Under the pieces are notes generated by a model. That model was not told the DNA's origin. It worked only from the letters and a program-made list of their open reading frames with translations, and ran no database searches. Positions 41,431 through 55,739 of a stretch of DNA of 64,000 nucleotides are shown here, piece by piece. The stretch comes from Bigelowiella natans CCMP2755 (lineage: Eukaryota; Protista; Cercozoa), in NCBI GenBank assembly GCA_000320545.1, contig ADNK01002094.1, forward strand, positions 58,878 through 122,877. Direction: 5' to 3'. The position numbers and the translations under genes are program-made. Every line of letters begins with the position of its first letter. Positions within the stretch are counted from its first letter, which is position 1.

Positions 41431-42623
41431 CACATCCAGGCCAAACCGGTCACAACTTTGCGAAAATTGGAAAAAAAAAGAATTGACGCATTTTTTTCGC
41501 GCAAACTCGATTTAGATGTCAAACAGGCTAGCAGGGGTCCTTTGGAAACTTTTGTCACAGTTGAGTTTTTTCCATTCGCATTCCCCCCCCCTAGCCCCCC
41601 CCTAGCCCCCCCGAGGTGCGACTTCTGCTCGATCGCGCCGCCCCGCACCACGCGCCGCTTGTGCGCACCACACCTCGGCGTTTTAAACCAAAATTCTGCG
41701 CGCGCTTTTGCACAAGAATGATCTCTTTGACCGAAAACCAGCTGCGCGGTGTCTCCAATGCGTCAAAACCCCTCTGCACTCATGACACGTCATGTGTGTC
41801 CTGTGGTTGCATGCATGTGGCAGTGATGCCCCAATTTCAAAATTTCAACGCGTCACATCTCGATCAATTTTGACATTTGAGCATCGCGCTTCCGGCTGTC
41901 TGCAAAGCTAGTTCCATTGCAAACGGACATGTCCTCACTTGCTCGCATTGCACACGTGCATCGGCTGCATCTCTGACCAAAATCATGAGAATTTTCTCCG
42001 CAATGCACGTTGTGAGGGGTCAAAAAATCGAAGTTTTTGAGCTGAGATTTTGAATTTTTTCACTTTTTCGACATTCCGCCGACGCAGAAAGTGTTTTTTG
42101 ACGGTTGCGGACGGATTGCACGCAAAAAATGCCCTTGAAGCGCTCTGCAAACATGCGAAACCCATTTGTGACCGGGTTCACAACTGTGTCAAGTGTGTGA
42201 CGAATGGTGTGAATTTTCAATTGAGGGTCATTGAGCACACACCTGCGCGCCCACGCGCGCCCAGGTGCATGCTTTTTGCGTGCGTGTGTGCTGAAACTTC
42301 GCACGTCCACAAAGCCAGCTAGCCAGTGTGCACACACCCTCATGAGCTTGCAAAACTTGTGGCACGCTCATGCAAACAATGCGCTAGCGTGTTCAAAAGT
42401 GGCAAGAATTTTTCAATTTTCGCCTGCTGGCAGGCGTTGAAAAATGAAGTTTTCAAGCTGAAATTCGAAAAAAAAAAATCAAATTTGAACCTCAAACAGG
42501 CTCCAGTGTGCTTCCAATGTTCAATTGCAACGATTGAGCGCGCCAGGCCGCACGCGCAAAGCACAGTTTGTTCAAAACCCACTCGTTGCCGGGATTGATG
42601 CAGTTGTGTTTGGCCTCGATGTG
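41431..42623. mobile_element. MITE family B copy (inverted relative to 28280-29040) carrying a nested MITE A; TSD aa
   Basis: Ends are cacatccaggccaaaccggtcacaa and tttggcctcgatgtg, with aa on both flanks. 41431-42178 aligns to the reverse complement of 28290-29040. Confidence 0.9.
42179..42608. mobile_element. MITE family A copy inserted in the TIR of MITE B; TSD tt
   Basis: TIRs cacaactgtgtcaa / ttgatgcagttgtg. The empty site ggccaaacccgg is visible at 28288-28299. Confidence 0.9.
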
Positions 42624-42999
42624 AAACACGATGGAGATTTTGGTCCGCCATCGATCATTGCAACGTGCACAAAACAACAAATCCTCGCAACATTTGACGT
42701 GCATGTGTTGCAGCCTCTGTGCTGGAGTGCACTGCTGTGCAATCTAGCTAGCAATCCTCGGCGTGCTGCGCATGCTTTTTGTGCGTAACGCGTTCGATGA
42801 TCAATTGAGCTAGTGAGTCCAAACATCTCTGCATCACGTACAGCCAATGATGCATGAGGATGCAGCGTCTAGATGTGTGCTCATCCAGTCTGCTCATCAT
42901 CACACAAGGAACTGTCTGAAGATGCTTGCCGCATCAATGACTACACAAGACCTTGCAGGGGCCTAGGGGCGGCTGCTTATCTCTCAATTACACAGTAAA

Positions 43000-43775
43000 C
43001 GCTGCGGGCTGCGGATTGTTCAAGAGGTTGCTCCACCATTTCCACATCACCGCCTGGAACTCTGAGCACGCGTTGGCGTCATTCATTCACATTGGCCCGT
43101 TTTCATCCTATGTAGCATCGCAATGCTGCTCAGCTTCACGTTGATGGTCATCGTGACGATCTGTTGATTGTTTCTTCAACAGGCTGAGTTCCATTTCCAT
43201 TTCTTGACACTTTTGCATGAATTTGATCGTTGTCAACTCAGCTTCTCTTCCTCTCTGAAAGAAATAATGTGACATGTGTAATAGCGTGGAAAAACAACTC
43301 ATCGGCGATGCAAGAAGCAGCTAAGATGCATCATCGAAAATTTGAGCAGTGCATCGTCGCAATATCAATAAAACTGCTGCTGTTGACAACAGCTCTGAAC
43401 CATTTCCACCACAACTCTCTCAAAATCAATGACACCTGGAATGTGATTCGCAAATTTTGTTTCGTTTCAAGGAGGCTTTTCTCTGCTGCATCCTTTTGAG
43501 TTCTTAGTTCGATATTTTCAATTTGCAGGTCTATCGACAGTTGTACAAACATTTTTAGTTTTGAGGAGGACAAGCAGATGGTGAATCATTGTATGATTGC
43601 TGCTGCTGCTGCTTCTAAATCATCAACCCTTAATTCGTTGATCAGTAGCATCTGACGTCGTAGTAGTCTCCTCCCCCTCCTCATTCAACTGAGAGGATAA
43701 ACGAAGGAAGAGTCAAAACTAGTGCTGGTAGGTAAATCATGTCGACAAGCACCACTTCATGAATGATATTCGTAG

Positions 43776-43810
<35 letters not shown>

Positions 43811-45495
43811 ATATCAATGATTAAAAAGAATAATGATAGTGGTACACGTCAAGGGATCAGCCAAGCAAGTTTCTCGTTAATGTACTACCGCTCGTTGTTC
43901 TTTCAATCTTTGCACGTACTTCCTGCACATTAACGAATCAATTTAAGCATCAAAGTCGGGTTTCTTTCTATCTTTCTCACCACCATCATCATCTTCATCA
44001 TCATAATCATCATTTGAGAAGCTATAATGATTTCTCTCTTCTGCCTCCACATGATCACCATTTAAGCAGCGGAAGTATTGGATGAATTTTAATTACACGT
44101 TGAACAAGCAACAAATCAACTATGAATCAATTGAGTAATACTTGAAGGCCTCTCTCTCTATTTCCAGAGTTTGTCTTTCTTCTCGTATTTGAGCCTGAAT
44201 TTCTTTAGATTTTGTGATGAATCTGGTGATAAAGAAAACGAAACAATAAAACGTTAACAATCTTGACATGATGACGTGAGGTAATGGGTAATGATGGACA
44301 TGATGGTATTATATTTCTTATCATTAATACAATCTCTAGGATGATGATATCATAATAGGCTGGAATGAAGTATGCTTCTGAATAACTTCCAGGGTGGTGC
44401 ATCATCATATAGTAGCTGGAGGGCTTTTCCCATATCAGTAATACAGAAGAGGAGGAGGAAATATTAGGATGGTGCTGTGATTTAATTTTCATCATTGACG
44501 TCAACTTGTAGAAAGAACGGATAAATCTCCTACTAACTGTGCTCTGGGTATCGGCTGCTAAGTACTACTCTCGAGTCATAATGGGTATAAATTATATATG
44601 CAATTACGCTATCATCCCCTTTTTCTCTGAAGTTAGAAGTGCTTTCTCCTATATTGTTATCATACACAACAAGTTTATTAGGTAGTTGAGAAAGTAATCG
44701 CTTCATGTGTCACCCCCTCAATGTGATCAAAAAGATATTATAATCACGAAACGACGATGATGCACAGACGAGAATGCAAGTATTTGTTGCAATTATGTCG
44801 ATACATCTACGATGATTTCAGTATTAATATCATCACCATTTTATCATCATAATTATTATTATTCTAAGTATTATCCTCGCATTTGCATCGCTCATCTGTG
44901 ATCACATCCTACTTTCATTTGCTATAGATGAAGTATAAATGTAGCCAATCTAACCAAAATGCTAAATACCAACCTACCTACTATGTAGGGTTGTTACAAA
45001 TGGTTGGAATGTGCATGTTTGTGCGTATTGTTACTACTTTCCGTAGCAGTATATCCTGCTCATCCTTGCTACTGCTGCTACTGTGCTGCAGTACTCGTGC
45101 TTGCTGTTATTACAATAGACAAAGCATATCAAATTAATGATAAGTAAGAACGATAGTACCAATCATACTTCTTCATCAGTACTACTAGTAGAAGTAGTAG
45201 AGAAGCTGGCAAAAGTATCAATAAAGTATCAATAGGGTTTGGTGCTCCGTAGATAAAGACGCACATGCTCTATGTTATTGCATACTCTTTATTACCTCTA
45301 CTACTACTACTACCACTACTACTACTATCATCTTTTTGTAATACTCTCACCACCATTGTCTTCTAACGGTAAACAACTAGTGATAGCAGTGATTGTTGTT
45401 GTTGTTGTTGTTGTACGAGTTGGCGACGGCGTTCTTTCTCCTGCAGTGCCTCCTTTTGGTACAACTCTACCTGTTAATGGTATACAAAGTACAAT

Positions 45496-45531
<36 letters not shown>

Positions 45532-46187
45532 TTAATGTACACGTGAACATAGGCATTTGATATTACTACCACTATCATCTTGAGTAGCAATTCATACTGA
45601 TACATACATACATAGATGCATACATACGAACTGCTGCTACTATTACTGTTACTGCTGCTGCTGCTAAATTTGATGAAGAGGGTGATTAGTATTTATCAGG
45701 GTTATTATGTCGTCTGAAAGCACCTTTTGCTCAAGTTTCCTCCTCTTAAGTTTTTCCTCTGATAGCCTCTTCATGTAATCAGCCATCATTTTTCTACCAA
45801 TAGCAGTTATTTTTGGACAACCGAGTTGGTGGTGGTGTTAGACTCAAGAAAGAAAGAAAGAAAGAAAGAAAGAAAAAAAGAAAAAAAGAGATCCCCATGA
45901 ACCATGAGAAATAGTAATAAGAACAAAAACAATATTACTAATAATACAATACAACATCACACACATACAATGACGGAGAGGGGGGGGGGGGGAGGAAGAG
46001 GAGGAAGAGGAGGAAGAGGAGGAGTAGGAAGAAGAGGAAAAGTGCAAAAACGAATAATAATAGCAATAATCGGAGTATGGGTGAATACAAGTCTCTATTT
46101 CTTCTTCTTCTCCATCCTCATCATCATCGTCATCACCATTATTATCATTCTAGTCGTCTTCTTCTTATTCTCACACTTTTTACTTAT

Positions 46188-46224
<37 letters not shown>

Positions 46225-46238
46225 ACTCTCCCCGTCAT

Positions 46239-46270
<32 letters not shown>

Positions 46271-46509
46271 GTCATCACCCACTGGCAACCAACCAACCAA
46301 CTAACACTCTCATTATCGTAAATTGTAGTGGAAGTACTACTAGTAGAGTAGTCCTCATACTTTCTACCTTGTGCTGGCCAAGTTCTTTGTGACATTTTCC
46401 AACTTTAGTTCGTATGATTGAGTCAGATTCTTGACATTTGACTGCTTGTTGGCAGATTTCGCAGCGACATCACGAGCTTTCGTAGCCTAATGCACACATA
46501 TATAAATCA

Positions 46510-46575
<66 letters not shown>

Positions 46576-47619
46576 ATCTGCTTTCACTAAAGCTTATCTT
46601 TGACAAGATGTAATGCTGCTACTGCTGCTGCTAATAGTGGTAGTACTACTAATAAAATTTCAATAATATGAAAAGAAGGCACACACCAAATAATGACCAC
46701 ATTTACTTATTCATCTTATCTCTTACTTACTTCTTCACGTAGTTTGTGCATTCTGTCTAATATCTTTTGTTTCTCGTTTTTTCTGATAATGATGATGAAG
46801 AATAAGAAGAAGATGAAGATATAATAAGCTGCTTCTTTGCTATATAAGCTCCTCGCGAATATTTACTAACTTATCTATGTTCCTAGTTGGTAGTAGTATA
46901 ACAAGTGCTGCCTCCTCCTTACATTTGCATGAGTTTTTTCTTTAATTCTTCTGAGGCCTTTTTATTTTCCATCTGATTATGACGATGATGATGATGATGA
47001 TGATGATGATGACTACAATACTTGAGCTTGATAGTACTACTACTATTACTAATAATAATAATAATAGTAATACCTTAATCCCCTGCTTCTCTGAATGATG
47101 TCTCTTTCTCAGTTCTAACACTCGCTTCTCGTACATAGATTTTATTTTGTCCTCACGTTGAGATACTCGTTTTTCGATTTCTTCTTTTAATAGAGTATGT
47201 TCCTTATTATAGTTAATATCATTGATAGACAGAAAGATGAAGAATCAAAGCCAGAAGCAACAAGTGGACAATGACGAATCAAAGAATATACAAAAGAAGA
47301 AAAAGAAGAAGAAGAAGAAAGAATTGCCAATAAGAATACAGGATACCATTTTAATTATATACAGCATCACTGTTACTATTAGTTTACTACTACTGTTTTG
47401 TTTTTGTTCTTGTTATTGTTGTTAATGTTAATGTATTTGAAGACGAGAACTACTACTACTGCTACTATTACCTCATGAATAGTAGTCTGAGATTTCATAT
47501 CTTTAAGCTGCCTCTCCAATCTATACACCAACCACTCATATCAGTGTAAGTAAATAACTAGTACATCTGACAACGGTTTAGAGGAATGGATTAAGAATCG
47601 TGGAGTGGTGCTACTGCTG

Positions 47620-47652
<33 letters not shown>

Positions 47653-47741
47653 GTCAATGTCCTGTTTTAATGAAGAACATTGCAGGCACCCTGGTGATGA
47701 CGGTCGTGTTGTGACTAATAACACAAAGCACAAACACACAC

Positions 47742-47781
<40 letters not shown>

Positions 47782-48320
47782 TATGTATTCGTATTTTGGT
47801 TTCTGCATAATATTCGGAAAAGACTGCTAAACAAGAAAAGCATGTTTCATATTATCATACAAACTATTCCCATGAACATGATTAATAATGTTATCATCAT
47901 TATTATTATGTTATTATGACAGGAGGTGCTGCTTTTACCTATACATAATTCACCATATGTTATCTTCTTCTGTTATGATATCTATGTGATGCTTCTTTCT
48001 AACCCAACGTCTTAGTAGTATCATCGTATTGATGATAATTCATTAACTCATCATCATCATCATACTCATTGACACACTACTTTCTTCTTCCTCTGGAATT
48101 GATTGTTCTTCTCTTTGTTCTGAGAGCAACTTCTGTACTTCCAATGCCTAAAAATTAATGAATTCATACCCATCGTCATCATCAAAATATTTAGCATTTT
48201 ACCAACAACAACAACGACGTACTACAGCTACTTTAGTCATCATAATACACCTACTGCTACTACTACTACTAGTACTACTACTACTATTGTAATGACGACG
48301 AAGTGGACCTACAAATGATG

Positions 48321-48351
<31 letters not shown>

Positions 48352-48672
48352 TAAATGTTATTCTATATTCTTCGCATAAACCCTATTCAACTTCAATCGA
48401 GTTTCATTGTGGGTTTTTCGTTCCTGTGTGTATGTGTGTGTATGTGTGTGTGTGTGTGTGTGTGTGCGTGTGTGTGTGCGTGTGTGTGTGCGTGTGTGTG
48501 TTTGTGTATTCAAAACATGTGTGATGATGAAAGACAATCAAAAACATAATAACATTACAAAATGATAAGATGGTAAACAAGCAGATGAGGATTATCATTA
48601 AAGAACAAAGTCAGGCCGAAAATCACGATGATGGAAATATTTTTGTTTTGACTCATGTGAGTAGGCGTGTAC

Positions 48673-48708
<36 letters not shown>

Positions 48709-50229
48709 ATACACATATACACACGCATTTACGTGTTGCGTAGTATGTGTACATATAACCCACTTTCTCAATTTGCATATCTTTATCTTTTTGGAGTTTC
48801 TTAGCTTGAGATGCCATATTCTAGTCCCATTCCCCCCCGCGCGCCGCCCCCCGCCGGGTAGTATCAAATAAGAATAATGAATCGGTTGTAAATCAACTAG
48901 CTTAATTTTATCCATTATAATATGCAACAACGGTGAGTGCTGTGACATCAAAAACAACGACTTAAGAATAACTCGAGTAATGAAGAGTGTGATACATCAT
49001 CACTTACATCAATGGTAGCGTTTAAATCATCAAAAGCATTCTTGTATCGATTAGATGTATCTTGCTGTGTAGAAATGATGATGATTAAGGAGGAAAACAG
49101 AGTTAATTAGCCATCAAGTGTTGTAAAATTATGGAAGAAACAGTAAATCAAGGAGCTGGACCGCTGCATCTTGTGGCATTATTTTACGGCTAGTTGTTAC
49201 TACTACTACTAGTACTACTACTAGTAGTAGTAGTACTAGTAGTAGTAGTAAAACTACTGATTTGTTGCTAATAATGCTGCTATCTATACCCAGTTGTTAT
49301 TAACGACATTTGCTACTGTTACTACTAGTATCATATTATAATAATCACGATCTATTCTTGACAATAACAACTAACATATAACGAATAATAATGATATTCT
49401 TGACAATAATAACCCACATATAATGATAATGATAATAGTAATAATGATGCTCCAACCACCACCACTACCAACCAGCTGTTGGAAAAGTCTTCTTCCATTC
49501 AGCACCTTTTCCTCGGATTCTATCGTGCACAAAAACATATTATAGCAGCAGCCATTGCATTGCAGCAGCAGTAACTAATACGAATAATCTATTAAAGTAG
49601 TAGCATCCGGCACAATAATGTTAAAAGAAGAGAGATCATCAGAAGACAACACGATAAAGCGGCGTAAGGAAAGCAGTACTACTTATAGTAGTGCCAATAT
49701 TGTTTACATTTCTACACTCTTTTATCCATAATTTGGAGGAATCTATCGTGATTCGAAAATTGTGCACAATCTACAAATAACATACTAGCAGTAGCAGCCA
49801 TAAAAAATCATCATGATTACAACCCTCCAACTTCTTCTTCAAGATGCAAATTTCTTCCTCGAAGCGTGAGACGTCTGAAGGAAACGTGTTGATCATTTTC
49901 AGTGGACGCATCGTTCTATGTGGTGAGATTGGAGAAGTGAGGGATGGTAACAACACCATGGAAAAACAACATCTTCGTTTGCAATCACGCTACATCATAA
50001 TTTATTTAGCAAGATAGGATAACAAATATACAGCAGTATATACTAGCACACTATTTACTAATCCTCGTGCATCATCAACACAAACAAAAACACAAGGAGT
50101 TGCTAAGCAAATTTCTGTTTTCTTTGCGTATATGACCATTGTTTTTGCGGGATTCGTCTAACACTTTCTCTTTTAGCGCAGCTTCAAGCATTCCGATGTG
50201 CTCCTCATGCCTGATGATTGCAAAATGCA

Positions 50230-50273
<44 letters not shown>

Positions 50274-50547
50274 ATATCCTTATTTTTCTCTTATCATCAT
50301 CGAGCACATTCCTTCTTAATACTCTCTTCTGCTAACATCATAACTAAATGATACGTGCTCCTAACCTATCTAATGATGCCCCTCTCTATATCCCATCCTT
50401 CAGCGTTCTTTTTGCAGCAGAACCACACGCATGTAGCAGCAGTAGCTAGTAGTAGTAGTAGTAGTAGTATGTACACAGTAAATACAATATATAATATTGG
50501 AAATTTAACCACCGTTTGAGTTGCCTAGTGATCTTTGATACCTAACA

Positions 50548-50583
<36 letters not shown>

Positions 50584-50967
50584 TGGGGAGGGGGGGGAGG
50601 AAGAGGAGGAGGAGGAGGATTTGCACTTGTAGTAGGTTGATAGATAGTATAGATAGTACAGAAAGATTGAAACACACATGTGAAATGTCATTTGTGTGTG
50701 TTTCGACAAGAACCCTTTTGTTTTTAAGTGGTGGCTTTAGATGAATTAGGCTCTACCCCAACTACTACTACTACTACTACTACTACTATTAAATGCTACT
50801 ATTATGTTTGCTCTTATTACCTTGCCCTCTAAATCTACTACTATTCTACTGCTGCTGCTGCTGCTGTTATGTGTTCTTCTTACCTTGCCCTCTAATTTGG
50901 CCGATTTTTCTAATGCCTCCTTGCGTTTGGAAGTGAATGGTGATACGCATAGCAACAATAAACAAAC

Positions 50968-51042
<75 letters not shown>

Positions 51043-51968
51043 CATATGGCAGTATGCTACACAAAAGCTGAATAATAATTTAACTTATTATTCATTCATA
51101 ATAATAATAATAATAGTGTAGGATTCTACCATCGATTTATTAATAAGAGCTGATTATCGTATTTGGCGTCGGTGTCTACTACTACTAGTACTACTACTGC
51201 TGCTACTACTACTACCTTATCATTTCTGGATATCAAGTGCTGCAAACAAGTGATACATCCATGCCTAAAACAACAAACCAAATCAAATATATTCCAAAAT
51301 ATCAACTGAAATGTTAGATATATCATAAATTCAAAGTGTTCTGTCCTTCTTCTTCTTGTGTGTGCACACCTTCTTCTCACTCTTCTCATCATCATTATCA
51401 CTATTATTAGTATTATCACAACTACACTACCTTGAGCTTGCAACTGTCTGCCGCGTCACTACTAAAGGCCTCTCTCTCTTTTTCTGAGAAGAGAACGAAG
51501 AAGAAGAAGAAGAAGAAGAAGAAGAGGAAGAGTACATCATCAGAAGTAGTAGTAAACTATGAATAATATTGTTGATCCTCTTGCGTGATGAGGAGTAGTC
51601 ATGACTTCACAATTCGTAATTTTGGCTGCTTGTTCTTCGTCGTTAGTTATTCTCGTTAGTTACTCACACATTCATATTCATTCATTCATTTATTGCTCAT
51701 CCTACCGCAGCTGCTCACCGGTTGATAGATAGATAGATAATAGATAGATAATAGATGGATGATAGATGGATATTGACGACGACCAAACAAGGTAGTAGTA
51801 GTAATGACCAAACTAGGTAGTTCGGGGACAGATGCTTTGCCACCACCCAGATGAGATCTTGAGGGAGAAGAACAAATCAAAAGTAGAAGAAGATTATTCA
51901 ATGGAGATGATAGAAAAAGTAGGTATTAGAACAAAATCAATAGCAGCCGATATAATTTCAGTGAGCGC

Positions 51969-51999
<31 letters not shown>

Positions 52000-53320
52000 C
52001 CTGTGATAGCCCTCCATCGTTTGGGAACAGCATGTCGTAGGCACCTCGTGTTGACATTCCAGGAAGTTTCTACAACAAACCGCAGATCTAGTAATAAGTT
52101 GTTCATCATCGATTATGTTTCTGCATCAAACCGCAGATCTAGTAATAAGTTGTTCATCATCGATTATGTTTCTGTAACAAACAGCAGATCTAGTAATTTA
52201 TTGTGTTTTATGTATTATCATGCATGGTCATCAGTAAGTTGTTCATCATCGATCATGTTGCTTCATGTCATGCCTTTGCCCTTCGACTTTTCGCAGAAGA
52301 TGTATGTGCTAAGTATTTCCTACAACAGCAGTATTTAGAAATACACGTAGTGACTGGTCTTAATTCTCTTAACATGGTACTGTTTGAGATATGTTGTAAT
52401 AACAATAAGATTGGTGCTGTTACTACCGAATCAGCAGCCAACTTTGTAGCTGCCATACTTCATTCAGTTTTCGAGCCCCTTTTGGGGACGTTACCCCGTT
52501 TTCACGTTCCTTGAACAACAAATATCGTTACTCGAAAGAGAAAGGGGGAAATTCAGATGAGGGATATTGTTTGCTTGACACTTCTTATTAAACGCATATG
52601 TTGGCAATCACGTTCTACTGTAATACCGGATAAACTTCAAGCACGTGCCGAGCTTCATGAGCAAATTTCAGCTCTAAATTCAAGAGACCTTCTTCTTTAC
52701 AATCCTTAAGCATGGAGAGGATAAGTAATCTCTTGAGGGCATAATGAAGCATGTAAACATTGAATCATTCATGGTGACAATTATCAATACCTATTTTAAC
52801 AAAATACCTTTGCCAAATCCTCTAATAGGAGGTTCCCTGCTTGGATGCTTTCTCGCAGTCCTCCAATATCCTCCTGAAAAATATCGATCGAGGGAGGGAG
52901 GATTATTAACTTGCCTAACCAACATTAGAACTTCCTGGCTTCTTCATGCTCTCTCTCCTTCTCTCTCTCCCCCCTCTGTCTCTCTCAGTAATGAATAGTG
53001 TTGCTAAACACTCTGAAAGAAGCAGTGCTTGAAGAATGGTTCCAATGTGGAGGGTCATTTCTATATTGCAACAGCTCATCATCACATACTCTAGTACTAT
53101 GGAACAAACAAGAAAGTTGGCAAAGTGTGCATGTACACTTGCTTTGTGACCATGCTAGCAGCTGTTCTATTGATAACAGTTTTCCTTTCTCTATCTCCTG
53201 TCGCCGATCCCCCTCCTTCTTCAACCCTCCTTGCAGATATCGCGATTTTGTCGATTATAAGCTCGTCCTCGTCTTCCTCCTCTTCCTCCTCCTTCTCCTT
53301 GCATGACCGTTACCTTTCAT
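43000..53320 (-). CDS. Long coiled-coil protein gene or genes with small exons in microsatellite-filled introns; structure approximate
   Basis: E/K/L-rich minus-strand exons such as IENIELRTQKDAAEKSLLETKQNLRITFQ, MYEKRVLELRKRHHSEKQGIK, VSRFEEEICILKKKLEG, KRKEALEKSAKLEG and EDIGGLRESIQAGNLLLEDLAK. Confidence 0.55.
52076..52260. repeat. Intronic 54-bp tandem repeat (about 2.5-3 copies)
   Basis: caaaccgcagatctagtaataagttgttcatcatcgattatgtttctg is repeated. Confidence 0.8.
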
Positions 53321-53487
53321 TTTTTTTAAGTTACATGCATGGATGATCGATCGATCATCATTTTGTCAGGAGCCAGTAGTAGATCTACCGGTACTACCAA
53401 TTTCTCAAATTTAACATTTTATGCGTTAAAATTGTTGTCGCAAAGTAATAATAGGTCCTGATACTTTGCTACTGGGGCCTCAATCGA

Positions 53488-53595
53488 AATCCAGTCGGAA
53501 TCCAGGTAGTTGTCGTAGCATGTCATCGGAATCCAGTCGGAATCCAGGTAGTTGTCGTAGCATGTACATCGGAATCCAGTCGGAATCCAGGTAGG
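53488..53595. repeat. ~41-bp tandem repeat in a divergent promoter region
   Basis: About 2.5 copies of aatccagtcggaatccaggtagttgtcgtagcatgt(a)catcgg. Confidence 0.8.
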
Positions 53596-53679
53596 TAGTT
53601 CATCTTAGGATTCATTCTCCCACACCACATTTCTTTTCACCACTTGAAGGAGGAGAAAAGGAGAAGGACGAGGAGGAGT

Positions 53680-53956
53680 ATGGGCGATCAAAAACACCTC
53701 CTTCCTATCACTTTGGGAAGGCTCGCAAGCCATCTTAATTCTCTTTCAAACAAGGACAAAGTTATCAAGATTGTGCAGTACACTGCCCAAGCCATTCAAC
53801 ATTACGCCTTCGACGACTTCAAAACAGATCCTAGAGCGAGGAGAAGTGAGTCATACGATAGATTATTATAAAGGGATACGATAGTATTCTTGAATATTAT
53901 AAAGGGATGGAGAAATCACAAGTGATTATCGCTTTTTAAAAAAAAATAAAAAGATT

Positions 53957-53992
<36 letters not shown>

Positions 53993-55725
53993 GGGACAAT
54001 ACAGCTGCTCTTCGGCTGTCTGTGTTTGGACTTATTCCTAGGTCTTGCATATATATATATTACAACAGTCAATACGCTGTTTTGGTCTCTGGTTCTCCAT
54101 CGTAAACTGTTCCGCTACATGAACTCACTATCTGATCTTGTCACGATTCACCGTTTGGTCAATCAGCTCAAATCTCACGGTACGTTTATGATGATAGAGG
54201 AGGAGATGACTAGGGGAAGAATGTTGTATTAAAGTAGTAACTGAATGTGCGATGAAATTTATTGTTCTTGTCAAAAGGAATCATAATCATCATCATTTAT
54301 GTTTGCCATACTTAAAATAATGCATGTCAATCATCATCATTTATATTTGCCATACTTAAAATAATGCATGTCAATCATCGTCATCATCATCATCGATAAT
54401 TAAAATAATGCATCTGATGATGAGTGAAGACTCCAACAAGCTGATGGAGTCGTCTGTCTTTCTACGCTTATGATCATTGCAATTTTATATGTGTGATGAA
54501 TGTAGACTCTTCCGAGACTACTACAGATAAAGTTGATACGGCATTACTTCTGGCAAAAACATGCACCTTCTTCGTTTTCTGGTTGTTGGATAATGCGGTA
54601 ATGGATAAGAATATGTAGTAGTAGTAGTAGTAGTAGTAGTAGTAATAGTGGTAGTTGTAGCAGTATAACAACTCAGTAGAATAAACATCAGAGGCTGCTG
54701 GTTTCAATATCTTTTCAAATCTTCATGGTGTTCTTGTAGCTACTACATCAATCAATCACTGAGATCTGATTGCATAGAGTTATTAATAACAAAGAGACGG
54801 CGGATAATGAGAAGGACGATGATCATCTTAGCTAAACCCATTAGTTCTTATGGTTTGTGTTAATTCGTTTACGCTCTTTTAAACAAAAGGTGTACTTATC
54901 CATGGGCAAGATCGTTGATTTTGATGGTTCTTCATCAGCAATGGTGCGTATTTTGTAAATATGATATTAATATATGTGAATATATGCATGTTTGTGTGTG
55001 TGCGTGTGTGTTATTTGCAGCAAGTTCATTCTTCTGCACCCGCATGCCATTTATATTCATTCTTCATTTTGTTGTTTTCTTTATTCTCAGATATGAGTCT
55101 TTCCTCCCTCTTCATTTAAGCTTAATGATACTTGGGTTGTTGTTTTTGTTGTTGTTGTTTGCTGCATTTACAACAGCTATCCTTCAAGTTATGGTTGTTT
55201 GCCAATGTAATCAATTTAATACGAAACGTGAGACGCTACGTGAAGGAAAAAAGGGATGAGAAGATCTCTGGCGAGGAAAAGTCTCTGGTCATTTGAATAC
55301 ACGATAAATATACATATTTACATTTGTAAAACAGAGTCAGCGATATCACAACAGAAATCCAGTCGAAGCAGCAACAGCAGCAACCTTTTTTGTACCTTAG
55401 CTAGATGTTTGTTCAATCTTCTTGCACAAACATGATGAGTATCATCGATATCACTCATTATTAGGATCTGGAACTGACGATATCGAAAGACATTGCAGAC
55501 ATTGTGGTTAGAATGTGACATACTTGCATGATGAATCGGTTCTGAATCCTCTCAACTTTTATGATGTGTCGTTAGGTTGCTCTAGGTTTCTCAAAAATGG
55601 CTGGTCCTCACATTTCTTGGGGACAAATTGGAATAGCAGGTGTCCTTTCTGCTGTCCTTCACCTTTACCTCAAATGGCCAAGAGGGAGAATGAAGCGCTC
55701 TACACTTCGCGTGAAGCATGAGTGA
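53680..55725 (+). CDS. PEX11: Peroxisomal biogenesis factor 11 family protein, multi-exon
   Basis: LNSLSNKDKVIKIVQY, LVLHRKLFRY, FFVFWLLDNA, ISKDIADIV|VAL..QIGIAGVLSAVLHLYLKWP follow the PEX11 motif order. Confidence 0.85.
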
Positions 55726-55739
55726 ATTTGCCGATCATA

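Larger units (their letters stand above)
40870..42950. repeat. Island 4: TpA-depleted transposon debris between convergent genes
   Basis: Nested MITEs, with NNNN-CTAG-NNNN at 41214, 41268, 41303, 41335, 41415, 41524, 42315 and 42806. Confidence 0.85.

Noticed and set aside
44200-51500. Low-complexity ORFs (poly-Y, I, C/V, H, S)
   Set aside because: They are translations of intronic microsatellites.
52076-53595. Short tandem repeats as CRISPR-like arrays
   Set aside because: No unique spacers and no cas genes. They are ordinary eukaryotic minisatellites.
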